From the NCBI GenBank assembly GCA_044221725.1, contig JBGAON010000005.1, positions 143,598 through 207,597 on the forward strand: a stretch of DNA of 64,000 nt, given 5' to 3'. Below are positions 45,615-57,600 of this stretch, in pieces. Position numbers and translations under genes: made by a program. Origin of the DNA: Elusimicrobiota bacterium. GTDB lineage: Bacteria; Elusimicrobiota; Elusimicrobia; F11. Under the pieces are notes generated by a model. The model was not told the origin of the DNA. It made no database searches and saw nothing but the letters and a program-made list of their open reading frames with translations. Each line of letters begins with the position of its first letter. Within the stretch, counting starts at the first letter, position 1.

Positions 45615-48600
45615 ATGATCTACGCCGATCGAGAGCAAGTTTCAGTATTTGTTCGACTCAAAAAACTCACTGCGGTTTCCATCCTTTTTAGTTTCACGTT
45701 CAACCAAATCCTTTTCGCGCATGTGCCCGAGACATCGGTTTGGTCCGAACGCCAACGAGCCCAGCCGTCATCCCGGCACGTATTTGGCCGGGATTCACGT
45801 GTTCTCCACGAAAACCTAGGTCTCGTACCAAAGGAACGTACCGGGACGATGGGTTCTCTCGCCGCCTTCTCCACGCTTCGTGAAACCTACAAAGGCGGGT
45901 CTGGTACATCCCTCCTTATTATTCAGGATATTCACTTAAACACCGAGGCCCAAGCGAACATTGTGAAAATGTTCGACGTGCTGAAAAAAGAAGGGCGCCT
46001 TGGCACCATCGCCACCGAAGGCGTTTCCGGAAAATTCAATTTCGCACAGTTTTTTGCGCCGGGCAATGAGTCGGCTCGCAAAGTGGTGGCCCAGGCATTT
46101 TTGAACGATAAACGAATTGCAGCTCCGTCGTATTTTGGCGTTACCGCTCAGCAGCCAAACGCGAACGTGTTTGGCGTTGATGATGAGTCGCTCTATGCTC
46201 GAAATGTGCAGGCGTATGTTGACAGCTCGAAAAAACAGAAGGAGCTAGTTAAGAATATAGAAATCGAGCGCCGTGCCGTGGCTGAGCAGAAAAGAAAAAT
46301 ATTCAACGCCGACTTGATGCGTTTGGATTCGATAGTTGATTCGTATCAGGCGGGCAGCCTTCCGCTTGGAAAATTTTTGCCGCACCTTACGTTCACGTCG
46401 CCGGCGTTAAAGAAGTTCGCGGAAGCGTATGCGCTCGAGCAGAAAATCGATTTTGATCGCGTCGCGCGCGAACGCCGCTCCGTCATGGAAGTGCAAGCGC
46501 TTTCCGTTTCTCAGAAGAAAATGTTCGGCGATTATTTGCGCTACGTCGATTTGGCAAACAGCATCAACGCCGATGAACTTGTTCGCGAATTGCAGGCGGC
46601 CACGAAAGCATCGTTGCTGGTTCTCGCAAAAACGCCAGCCGAACGCGAGCTGCTGCAAGCGTCTCGCGCGCTCGTTCTAAAAACACATCTTGTTAAGTTC
46701 TCCCTAACGCCGGAGGAATGGAAAGAGATCCGTGGCCTCAAAGGTGTCGGCTTTAAGCCGTTCGACGATTTTTATTCGCTGGCGGACTCTCGCAGCGAAA
46801 AGATGGTCGAGAACCTGTTGAACGAAAGCTCAAAGCCATCCGTTCTTGTGATCGGCGGTTTCCACACGCCGGGGGTCACGGCAGCGCTCAAAAAGCGCGG
46901 CATTGGTTATTCTGTCCTCACACCGAAAGTTACGAAGCTCGAAGATTCCGATTCCTCGTATCTGTCCATCTTCACGCGTGAAAAGACGCCAATCGAGAAA
47001 TTGTTCGCTGGTGAAAAGCTTACGATCCTACCGCAGCAAGTGTTGATCGGAGGAAACGGTCGGCTTGCGCAACAGTCCAATGACTTGTTTCGCCTCGAGT
47101 TGGCTTTCACGGAACTCGCTGCACAAATTCGTGCGATGCGCATTCACCGGTATCAGAGCACCGTTGGTGAGAACATTGCTTACACCAACATTCAAGGTCA
47201 GGATTATTATGGAATTGATCCGACGCTGGGAATCAATGTGCCGAAGGGATTCGAGAGACACGGCCTTATCACGGCGCCGGATGGAACGCGTGTCCTTCTC
47301 CTCGAGCGAACGTCCAAGAGCATTTTCTCCATTGAAGGATTGAAAGGTGCCGTACAAGCACTTAAAGATGTTAACAGCGTAATAGCAGCGAATCGTTACA
47401 CGATAACGCTTCTGGCGGGCTTGGTGTTGTTCGCATCGACGGGAAAAACATTCTTCCTTGGAATTGCGGCGCTTCCTTTTATTTTCGGCCTCACGATCGT
47501 TTCTTCCCCGGTCGGCGCGTCCAATTGGGTAGAAGAAAACACGCCTGGTTTGGCGGGCAAGAATATCATCGAAGTAACAATGGAGATGGCGTTACCCGAT
47601 GCTGCGATCGAGGAGCTTTCGCGCCGCGGTGCAACCGATGACGAGCTCCGCGCCGTTGCCATGGCTTCTTCGACGGGCGGGATCGGTCCGTTGTTGCACG
47701 AGCGCGTTATTGCGCAGTCCAATTTGGGAGCCCACGTTACCGCGGTTTCGCTTTTGTACGACAAAGTGTGGGTTCAGAAATTCAAAAAAGACAAAGACGG
47801 TCATGACATCATCAATCTCGAGAAAGTGGAAGTCGGGCATCTGCTGCGAAATTATTTCGAAAAAATGCCGTTCACGATTGATCTTGAAATGTACGACGAA
47901 TCCATTGTCACCGCAGAGGTGTACCGCGCACCAACTGGCCTTTACGGACGTGCCAACGTGTATTTCCTTTATCACCCGTCGATGACCGAAGTGGTGTACC
48001 CCGGCGAAAGAGATTTTCCGGATCCCCAAGAACCCGAAAAAACCACAAAGCGACGGCAGTTTAAAGAGACCAGCCGGTTGCAACAAAACTGGTTGGTGGG
48101 CCGGGGAACCTTGGCGTTGCTCGAAAAACTGAACGAACAGACCAACGTGGCGCCCGATGTTATCGTCATGAGCGAAATGCCGACGGTGTTTGTTCATCAC
48201 CGAATGTTTTTGGATCGGTTCTCGGAACACCCACTGTTCCGAAAAGCAAGTTATATTTTCAATGATCACACGCCGCTCGAATATGCGCATCCGAAATGGA
48301 TGTGGCATGAACTGAAGAACATGCGACTTGACCCGCGCTATTACGAAGGAATTCCGTCCGTGTGGGGAAGCAAAGATGGGGAGCGGGCCGTTGATGGCAC
48401 CGCGATGATCATCAACGCGGCGGATGCCGTTTATGGCGTTGCGAAAAAGCACGGTGAAGTGATGCGCCGCATGCCGCTCTTAAACGAGTTTGCGTCAAAA
48501 ATCGACTCCATCACGAATGGCGTCAGCCCGAAATGGATGGCGAAAGAGTTTGGAAGTATCGAAAACGTGAAGCGGTTATCAAACACGCAACTTCTCGAAA

Positions 48601-51542
48601 TCAAAAATAAAAAGCGAATGGAGTTGTTCCGTTGGATCGAGAAACGTAACGGGATGAGAGCCGGATGGGCAGACGACATGATTGCCGCAAACAATCCCAT
48701 TGGTTTGTGGACGCGCAGAATTGTCGGTTACAAGCGTATGGACGTGTTCACGCGGCTCATTGAAGATGAGCACATGCGAGAAGAGTTTCTTAAATCCGGA
48801 ATTGTCTTCGTTATTGGAGGACGTATTCATCAAGACGATACGTTCGGCCAAGACCATTACGCTCGAATCCAGAAAGTTGTTCACAGGGATCCTCGGCTCA
48901 AAGACTTCGTGGTGTTTTTTGACAATTACAATACCTGGGAAGCGAAGCGATTGATGCAGGGTGTGGATTTTTCGACGATGCTCGCCGACGATGGCTACGA
49001 AGCATCGGCGACGGGGTTCCAAAAGGCATTGTCCAACGGTGCTCTTATTATTGCGAGCCGTGACGGCGCTGTTCCCGAGTCCGTCGTTTTTTATGAACCA
49101 AACTCGGACGAGAATGAAGCCAACGGCTTTGAAGTGCCCTACGTCAGCCAATTTAATCCGGAGAACGGAGCGTGGAAAATGGGTCCGACGCCACAAGGGC
49201 TCTTGCACGCGTTTTCATCGTTCCGTCACGTTTTTAACGAAAAAGAAACATTGGGCCGAATGGTTCGCAACGCGTTCAATCTTTCGCCGCGCGTTGACGT
49301 CACTCGCACAGCGATCGACATGCTTACTTTCTTCGAAGATGTCATTGAAGGAAAAGAAATTAAAGACAGTTATTTCCAAAATGGCCGACTGCGGGTTCGG
49401 GAAATAATATCGGGGATCAATTTCGAGCCGGGCGTTCGCGAACGAATTATCGGCCAACTCGAATTGGTGGAAGGTTTTTCCTGGAAATATCTTCGCTACG
49501 GTCACGATGAGCAGATTCTCCCGTCGAATTTATTGAACTTCCGTACGAAACCGGATGAGAGACCGGATCGGGGGCTCGCGGCCATGGCGGCGGCCGTCGC
49601 TTATATTCGGTCCATTGGAACGGTGGGCGAATGGTCGTTGGCTTATCACGCTGCGAATCACGGCGGTATCGGCGACATCCCAACATTTTTCTCGGAAGCC
49701 ATCGCGAAGATTCCTGAATTGGCTCCGTTGCGAGACGCGGTGCTGAATATTGGAGAAGCCGCGAAAACGAGCAACAAGCCACAGCATGTCCTGAATCTCA
49801 ATCGCATTATTCTTGGAATGATGGAAGCGTTGGTGGAAAGCCTGCGGGAACGCATTCCGATTCGGCAAGAGGAAACGGGAAAATTGAGCGCTCGTCGGCA
49901 GGTTCGTCTTTCGAATTTGCTCCGTTCAAAAATTCAATTTGAAACGCCCGTCCCGAGACTCCAGCAACTTGATCACAATAAAGTCGGCGCTTCTATTCGA
50001 TTTCATCTGGAAAATCACATGATTCCACGAACGGAATTTTTTATTCATTGGGGAGAAGTCGGTAAGCCGAACTGGCAGATTGTGCATGTAAACCCCGAAG
50101 AAATACATCTGTTGGCAAACAATGTGTCGGTGTTGTCCAAGACCATCGATGTCATCAAACCCGGACGCTACGGCGTCACGGTGTTTGCTGTTCCAAAAGG
50201 AGTGGGAGCCGATCCGAAGCACGATGAGCTTCGCGTCTATTCGGCGAGTTATTTCGGTGAAGTGGCGGAGTTTCAGGTCCACGACGAAATGGGCGTGCAA
50301 ATGGCAGGGCATTCGCCGGCGCCCGTTCCGGGTGCGATCGGAATTCTTCCGAATTCAAAAATGAGTTTCGCTGATCGCGGTGCGGCGGAAGGCGCGGCGA
50401 CGTCCGTGCTCGGAATGGCACTTTTCGCGGGCGTGAATGCGCTCGTCGCGCTTCGTCTCGCGGAATCGCACGTGATCGCTGCATCGTTTGAGCCGTTTGT
50501 TCGGTGGAGCATGGCAACCGCGATTACTTTGATTGTTTCGTTCGCGTTGATTTACGCGGCGCATCGCGCGCTCGGCGTAAAACTGCCGGGGCAGAAGGAA
50601 CCGAGTTTCGATCAAAATAGCGTTTGGTCCGCGACACGGGCGGCCAGCGTGAGCTTGTTCGCACCGCTCCTTGCATCGTTTGCCGTTTTTGCACCAATGT
50701 GGGCAACGCTTCCGCTCGTTGGAGTCGGATTTGCCGCGGGAACGCTGTTGCACCGCGAGAAAAACAGGCCTGCCGATTATTATCCACTGACGAACGCCGA
50801 AGCAAAATTGGCGAAAAGTTATGCGCAGCGAACGAAAACGGAAACTTCCGCTGAGATTCTCGCACGTGTTTCGAAATTAACCGAAATTCGCAATGCGGAA
50901 CTTGTTACGTATACGACGGAACGTCAGAACCTCTATCGTCACGCGTCCGCGCACGCAGCGGAGCCTTTGAACGCGTTTGCACGCGAAGCCGCTCGATCGG
51001 GCGCACGTCCGAATGTGAAAGTCTTGTCACTTGATAAGCAGCTAAAGACCGGTGATATCGGAATGCTTGTTCCACAGGCAAACAATGCCGCCGAACTCGC
51101 AGCCGAAATTCGTGCAGCGCTTAAACTGGCGCAGCAAAAAGAGATGCGCCAGGTTTCTGTTTATATGATCGCATCGAAAGCGGACATCTTTCAGGAAGTT
51201 CGAAATCCGGACACGACGACGCTGACGCACGCTGAAATTGGAGCGATCACGTTCATCGACGAAACCGCGGTGGACACGAATGAAGAAATCGCCGAGCGCT
51301 TACTGGACCCCACGATTGGCACGGACGGAAAATTTGACTTGCTCGTGCACGGCGCGCAGGCACTTCCGAAAGCGCTTGCACAATCGTTGGCCGAACTGGG
51401 TCGCACCGAAAAATACGCAAACAAGGTGAAGCTCAGCATCGCGGATGAGATTTCCGCTAATGCACGCGCGATGGAGTTTTCTGATATGCGCGACATCGAA
51501 GCGCTGCTTAAGTTCTTCGAGCTCGTCGGGAAGTACGCGTAA
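45615..51542 (+). CDS. Giant protein 3 (1975 aa): conserved N-terminal domain, TM, GT35 alpha-glucan phosphorylase-like domain, possible carbohydrate-binding module, TM module, C-terminal domain
   Basis: N-domain QDIHLNTEAQ..YLSIFTREKTPIE (~45909-47027); GT35 motifs TMEM, TGGIG, RLQQ..LVG, DHTP, GVAKKHG, ITNGV, RRIVGYKR, EASATGFQKALSNG with the PLP Lys (~47560-49350); FFIHWG module ~49940-50290. Confidence 0.87.
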   Translation: MIYADREQVSVFVRLKKLTAVSILFSFTFNQILFAHVPETSVWSERQRAQPSSRHVFGRDSRVLHENLGLVPKERTGTMGSLAAFSTLRETYKGGSGTSLLIIQDIHLNTEAQANIVKMFDVLKKEGRLGTIATEGVSGKFNFAQFFAPGNESARKVVAQAFLNDKRIAAPSYFGVTAQQPNANVFGVDDESLYARNVQAYVDSSKKQKELVKNIEIERRAVAEQKRKIFNADLMRLDSIVDSYQAGSLPLGKFLPHLTFTSPALKKFAEAYALEQKIDFDRVARERRSVMEVQALSVSQKKMFGDYLRYVDLANSINADELVRELQAATKASLLVLAKTPAERELLQASRALVLKTHLVKFSLTPEEWKEIRGLKGVGFKPFDDFYSLADSRSEKMVENLLNESSKPSVLVIGGFHTPGVTAALKKRGIGYSVLTPKVTKLEDSDSSYLSIFTREKTPIEKLFAGEKLTILPQQVLIGGNGRLAQQSNDLFRLELAFTELAAQIRAMRIHRYQSTVGENIAYTNIQGQDYYGIDPTLGINVPKGFERHGLITAPDGTRVLLLERTSKSIFSIEGLKGAVQALKDVNSVIAANRYTITLLAGLVLFASTGKTFFLGIAALPFIFGLTIVSSPVGASNWVEENTPGLAGKNIIEVTMEMALPDAAIEELSRRGATDDELRAVAMASSTGGIGPLLHERVIAQSNLGAHVTAVSLLYDKVWVQKFKKDKDGHDIINLEKVEVGHLLRNYFEKMPFTIDLEMYDESIVTAEVYRAPTGLYGRANVYFLYHPSMTEVVYPGERDFPDPQEPEKTTKRRQFKETSRLQQNWLVGRGTLALLEKLNEQTNVAPDVIVMSEMPTVFVHHRMFLDRFSEHPLFRKASYIFNDHTPLEYAHPKWMWHELKNMRLDPRYYEGIPSVWGSKDGERAVDGTAMIINAADAVYGVAKKHGEVMRRMPLLNEFASKIDSITNGVSPKWMAKEFGSIENVKRLSNTQLLEIKNKKRMELFRWIEKRNGMRAGWADDMIAANNPIGLWTRRIVGYKRMDVFTRLIEDEHMREEFLKSGIVFVIGGRIHQDDTFGQDHYARIQKVVHRDPRLKDFVVFFDNYNTWEAKRLMQGVDFSTMLADDGYEASATGFQKALSNGALIIASRDGAVPESVVFYEPNSDENEANGFEVPYVSQFNPENGAWKMGPTPQGLLHAFSSFRHVFNEKETLGRMVRNAFNLSPRVDVTRTAIDMLTFFEDVIEGKEIKDSYFQNGRLRVREIISGINFEPGVRERIIGQLELVEGFSWKYLRYGHDEQILPSNLLNFRTKPDERPDRGLAAMAAAVAYIRSIGTVGEWSLAYHAANHGGIGDIPTFFSEAIAKIPELAPLRDAVLNIGEAAKTSNKPQHVLNLNRIILGMMEALVESLRERIPIRQEETGKLSARRQVRLSNLLRSKIQFETPVPRLQQLDHNKVGASIRFHLENHMIPRTEFFIHWGEVGKPNWQIVHVNPEEIHLLANNVSVLSKTIDVIKPGRYGVTVFAVPKGVGADPKHDELRVYSASYFGEVAEFQVHDEMGVQMAGHSPAPVPGAIGILPNSKMSFADRGAAEGAATSVLGMALFAGVNALVALRLAESHVIAASFEPFVRWSMATAITLIVSFALIYAAHRALGVKLPGQKEPSFDQNSVWSATRAASVSLFAPLLASFAVFAPMWATLPLVGVGFAAGTLLHREKNRPADYYPLTNAEAKLAKSYAQRTKTETSAEILARVSKLTEIRNAELVTYTTERQNLYRHASAHAAEPLNAFAREAARSGARPNVKVLSLDKQLKTGDIGMLVPQANNAAELAAEIRAALKLAQQKEMRQVSVYMIASKADIFQEVRNPDTTTLTHAEIGAITFIDETAVDTNEEIAERLLDPTIGTDGKFDLLVHGAQALPKALAQSLAELGRTEKYANKVKLSIADEISANARAMEFSDMRDIEALLKFFELVGKYA

Positions 51543-51580
51543 AATCGCGTCGTTTCTTCGTCGCAGAAAATAGCGTTCCG

Positions 51581-51633
51581 TTACAGAAAATTTACGCGTT
51601 CTTAAGGCGAACTTAAGACAGCATTCGTATAGT
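51581..51633 (+). promoter_or_regulatory. Conserved four-repeat operator/promoter, copy 4
   Basis: TTAC-agaaaat-TTAC-gcgttc-TTAA-ggcgaac-TTAA-11nt-TATAGT, then 6 nt to ATG 51640. Confidence 0.85.
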
Positions 51634-51639
51634 GGTTCC

Positions 51640-54600
51640 ATGAGATTTTCGTTACGAAAAGGCAGTGCCGCCTTTATTGCCGGTTCTCTTTTTATCACCC
51701 AGGTTCTCACGAATCCGATGTTGGTGCAAACCTGTTTTGCGCAAAACACCGGATTTGGATTGCGCGCCAGCGCCGATATCTGGACGGAACGTTCGAACCA
51801 AATTGCTCGCCTAAAATCTCCGCAAGCCGACATTTTTCCAACGCGAGCCGCCGATAACGCGTTTAAACCTTTCTTCCAATCCGTCAATCCATTCGCGCGC
51901 GTGGGCGAAACACACATCGAGAACAACGGCGGCCCCACGGTGTTGTTGCTGCAAGACGTTCACATGAATCTTGAGGCGCAAAAGAACATCGGCGAAGTCT
52001 TGTTGCGCACGCCGAAGAATTCCGTGATCGGCGTGGAAGCGGCCGTTGGCCCTTTTGATTTTTCGAAATTCCGTTCTTATCCGGAACCCAAAATTCTCGC
52101 GAACATCGCGTCCGTATTGCTGCGCGAAAATTATATTTCGGCGATTTCGTGGATGGGACTCACGGCCAAGGGCTCGCTGCCAACGATTGTCGGCGTCGAT
52201 GATTCCAGTTTGTATGTGAAGAACGTCGACGCGTTCAAGAACACAATTGCGATAAAAGCGGATCGGTTATCCAGCATCGAAACGGCCCTGCAAAAACTCG
52301 CGCATGAAAAAGCCGATTTGTTCTCCGCTGAAGAAAAAGCGCTCGATGCGTTGATCACGAATTACGAAGCCGGCAACGTCACGCTCGCCGCGTATATCCA
52401 ATCGTTGGAACAATCGGTTTCAATGGATGCGTTCCCATCGCTAAAAACGTTGTCGGCCGCGCTTCAGCTGGAAGCGCGTTTGGATCAGAAACAAGCCGAA
52501 CAAGAAAGGGAACGGCTTGTTCGAAAGATTTCCGCCACCGATTCCGCCGCGCTCCAACAATTAACAGCCCTCAGTATTTCGCACGGCGCCGGCGAAATGG
52601 AGGCTACGACGTTTTATTCCGAGTTCCGCTCCATATTAAATGCGCATCATATTTCGCTCGCAGCGTACCCGCATTTTTCCACCTACGTCGAATACGCAGC
52701 GCTCGCCGACGGCATCAAGCAAGAAAGAATCTTCAAAGAAATTCAGGATTTGACGAAAGCCGCGATCGGAAAAATCGCGCGCCGTGAGCAAACGAAGCAG
52801 CTTTTTAAACAAGGCCGCACGCTTTTTCTTGCAAAGAAGCTTGTAAATTTCGAACTGACACCGGAAGAGTGGAAGGAATATCAAGTGGGTCCTGGATTGC
52901 GACATTCCAGGACGACAGCGTCAGTACCTTCCGGTACGAACTTGGAGGCTTTTTTCGACTTCTACCGCTATGCCGAAGCGCGCAACGAGAAGATGGTGAA
53001 CAATCTTTTGAACGCGCGGGGGAATTCGAACACGATCGTTTTGCTTGCCGGTGGTTTCCACTCCGCTGGTATTCGCGCGCTTCTTCGTGCGCGCGGTGTA
53101 TCGTACGCGGTGCTCACGCCGCGCATTTCCCAAGACAATCTTGGAAACGGATCTGCTTACTTGGGCAGTTTCATTCGTGATCGCACGCCACTCGAAAAGC
53201 TTTTCTATGGAGAAAAACTAACGGTTGCTGCGGCGGATACCATTCTTGGCCCATCGAACCCAATTGCTCCGGGCCGCCGCTGGTTGCCCGCGGCTGCCAT
53301 CTCGTTGACCGCGGTGCTCGCGGCCGCGTACTTTGCTACGGGCGCAAATCCGAATTTGGAATTGGCCACGCTCTCGGCCTGGATAGCGGGCATTTCGGGC
53401 GGTGTCGCGATTCTGTTGAGCGCCCAAGACCGTCGGGCGCACCTCAATATAAATGGAACAGAAATTGAAGCGGGAGCCGAACTTTCGGCGCCCGCCTATC
53501 GCACGATCAAAGATGTTCCGGGCCTCGGCAACGTGGGATGGAACACGCACCGCTCCTTTGGCACCGTGATCAAAGGCATTGCGCTGGTTGTTTTTGGAAT
53601 TGCGTTTATCAAGTTACTGACGAACGTTTTCGAACCGTTTGTAAAAGCGCGCGACGTGATTGCCGTTGGACATTCTCCGTCATTTCCTATGCGCACGGGT
53701 TTTTTCCGATGGGGATTCTTGCTCACGATTGGCGTCGCTTTCTTGAGCATGGTGACAACCACCCGAGCGTACTTCCATCGGTTTGCGCCGGAAAAAAGTT
53801 TCGGTGACCTTCCTGTTGAGAAGCTCAATTCGATGTCGGACGTCGAATTGTGGAACGAGATAAAAAAGAACGGATACATTCGAATTCATGAACGGCTTCC
53901 TTATCTGCCCCACGGCGGCAGCCGCGTGGAAGGACGGCTTTGGAATTACTTCCTAACCCATTCGGTGGACGAGCTTGTCCCCGATTTCCAAAAAATGGAC
54001 GCGTGGACCGTGGCCCAAGTTTTGCAGAACGAAAACATCATGAATCATGAGCACCGGTTGGCGAAACCGCACAAAATCATGATGGCGCTGTCGCACGAGC
54101 AGCGCTCCGATGTGAGCGACAACATGAAGCTCAAATATTACCGCCAGCTAATGGATCCAACGCGTGTAAAAAAAGTGGTCTACATTGCGAGCGAGGTTCG
54201 CGGAATTTTCCACACAGGCGGCATTGGGGTTGTGGCGGACAGTTTCCCGCGCGCGATGCAGGGGTTTGGTCACGATGTGAGTCAGATCCTTCCTTATTAT
54301 GAGGGCGTCGGTATCGAAGAAGAGATTTCCAAGAATGTTGCGGCCGGGATTTGGACGAAAAAAGAATTGTTCCAGAAAATCAATGTGCCAATGGATGGGC
54401 ATATCGTTACCGCGACGGTCGTTCAGATTGATCGGCGCGATCTGCCAACGCTTTATCTGATTCAGAATCCGGAATATTTTGGCCGATACACCATGGGGAA
54501 AGACAAGCGGGGCAAATTAAATCCCTACTTCCCGGCGAATTTGCCCAATTCGCACGCGAGCTTCACCGAAAGAGAGATGTTGACGCTCGAACGGTTCATT

Positions 54601-57600
54601 TTCTTTGCGAAAGCTTGCATGATGGCCATGCCGGTGCTCAATTTGAACGGCAATGGCGAGGCGCCCGACGTCGTGCACGTGAACGATTGGCAAACCACGC
54701 TCCTGGCGCCGTGGCTGCTGTATTTGCGCGCGACCACGCCCGTCGAATTTCAGCACGATGCCGAAGCCAACCCGTACATGCGCGGCATGAATCCGGCCAC
54801 TTTTTCTCGGCTAAAGACGTATTTCCAGAAAACGCAAACGGTGTCCACTCAGCACAACGCGGTCTATCAGGGTCTTTTCTCCGAAAGCGCGCGCTACGAA
54901 AACACGTTTGATCGGTTGAAAGACAATTCGTGGGAATTGTTTAAGAAAACCGGACTTCCTTGGGATCCGTTCTTCATGCAGACGGACCAAAAAACCGGTG
55001 TTACCGAAGAGAAACAGCCGTTTTCGCTGCGTCTCCATGGACAATTCAATTTTTCTTTAGCAATGAAGTCCGCTGATGCGAGTTACACCGTGAGCGAAGC
55101 GCATGCCACGGAATTGGCGGAAGGTGCGTATCCGGAATTGCCCCGGTTTTATTATTCGCTCACAATGGATGAGCGTTTCACCGGTATCAATAACGCCCCG
55201 GATGTGGAGCTTCGCAATCCGCGAAACCTTAAAGGGATTATTGCCTATGGTGTGACCGATGTTGAAGAGAAAAAGCCACTCAACAAAATTGCGTTGCTTG
55301 AAAAAGTCGGTCTTGCGAGCGGAAACAAGTCCGATGACGAGGCCAAGTTTGTGGTGGGTGTTGTCGCCCGCGCTGAAAAGGAAAAAGGGTTCGACCTTAT
55401 TCTCGAGGCGTTACCCGAAGTGTTGCAGGGGCATGAGCACGACACCGTCGTGGTTGTGCTCGCGAGCGGAAACCCGGAATACGAACGCCGCATGCGCGAA
55501 TTGCAGGCGAGTTATCCGCGTAACATCAAATACATCGACAAATTCCTTCCCGAGCTAGAGCCCATGATTACCGTGGGATCCGATTCGCTGCTCGTTCCGT
55601 CCATTTTTGAGCCGTCGGGCCTCACGCATTACGACGCGATGATCGCTGGCACGTTGCCGATTGTGGCCCCCAGCGGTGGGTTGAATGTGGTACGGGATCC
55701 GTCGGAGGGCATCGAAGCCGCCATTGGCTTCATGATGCGCAGCAAGACCTCGATCGAATTGTCGAAAAAAATAGAAGAAGCGCGTCAAATGTTTTTGAAC
55801 GACAAATCGTCGTGGAACCGAATGATCGACAACGCGATGAACACGGACTTCAGTTGGCCCGACTCCGTGGACAAAGTGATGGACTTGTACGAACGGGCGG
55901 AATTTTTTGCGCGCATTCAAAAAAACAACAAGATATCGATCAAATCTCCGCGCGGAAAACGGCCGCGGCCACAACTCGTTCTCAATTTCATCTTCAATCT
56001 CGCGCAGAATCTCGAGCAAAGATACGCCGACCCGATCAGCGGTCATGATCTTTATAAGAATAGTTTTTGGGGCGCGCCAAAATACGAAGCCGGATTTTTG
56101 TTTGCACTATTGGCGGGCACGTTTGCTGGATTCGCGGTCGTTCTGCCGGTGACCTGGATGGCGTTGGCCGCCGCCACCATCACCACGATGGTAACGTTTC
56201 TGTTGCTCCATCCGATTCGAGCTGGCCCTTCCAAGGGATCGCCCTCGCTACTTGAATACCGATCGCTCGGTATCCTTTTCATATTCCTGCCGTTTCTCCT
56301 TATTATTGGGCCTTTAGCGCTTGTTGGTTTGTCTTATATTCCCAATGATCGAACCATTCTTCGCGGGAGCATTTTGGCCGCCAGCCTCGCGATCGGAGCT
56401 ATCTCAACCATGCCCGGTCACGCCTGGTGGAACAATCATTCGCCGAAACCTCTCACCGCCGCGCACGCATCGTATGGCGCGCTCGATAAATACTTGACCG
56501 GTACTGCTGTTAGAGAATTGTTGGCTTTTCGCGGGATGCAATTTCGATACGATGAATCCGATTTTCAATATTTTGCAACCAATCCTCGTATCGTTGGTTT
56601 CGATCGCAAGACACAGAAGATCGTTCTTCAACCGTTGTTTAATTTCTTGGATCCAATTCCGCCAGCGAACTCTCCAGCCGCTGAAAGAAAAGTGATCGTT
56701 GACAGAAATATGGAATCCATTCTTCGTCTTTCGCCCCCGATCAATCAACAAGGGCAAATCAATCGTGAAGAGTACCACCGCGTCATAAACGATGCTTTTG
56801 AAGGAAAGCTTGATAAGGTCGAGAAATATCGGGTTATCGATAAAATCGCCTCGCACCCCGATCGGATCTTTGACGCGACCGCGGTTTCCGCGCGGGAACA
56901 TCAGATTTCCTTTGTTCGCCTCATCGAGCGTTACGAGCGAGGGGAAATAGCGATCTTTTCCTTGCTCGGCGGTGCCGGCAGTCGTGTGATTCAGAAAAGT
57001 AAGAAAATCAAAGAAAGCATTACCAAGGCGATTCTTTCTACGATTGGTATCCAGATTCCAGCAATTGGACTCGGTACCGGCCCCAAACATCCGCTCTTCC
57101 TGACAATATTTAAGCATTCGATGCTCGTTACGGTTAAAGCCGTGGCACTTGTGTTTAATACACAGTTGGGTGTTAATGACCACAATATCATGGCCGCGGT
57201 GCAAGACGATCCGCATATGACTCGCGCGATCAGTGAGAAGGTCGAAATCTTAAAGAGTCCTGGCAGCGGTATCCCCATGCAGCGCGTGGCCGACAAAAAA
57301 ACCAAGAAGCCGGGTGGCGTGCTATGGACCAACAAGAACGGTAAAGAAATTCCTGACAGCGACGTTAATGTGCGCGAAGGGAATGCGATAACGCGGCCGC
57401 GCGGTCCGGGCGCGTTTTCGGTTTTGATTGCCGCGGCGGTGGATGGCACGCTGCTCAAGTTGCACCGCGATGGCCGTTTGTACGGCCTCATTAGCAACGG
57501 AGAAGATTTGGGGGCCATGCCAAACGAAATGGCGGCCAACTTTATGGAAGAGAATAATCTTCCCATTACGTTTTTCCTTGCCGAGCGCGATGTGAAATAT

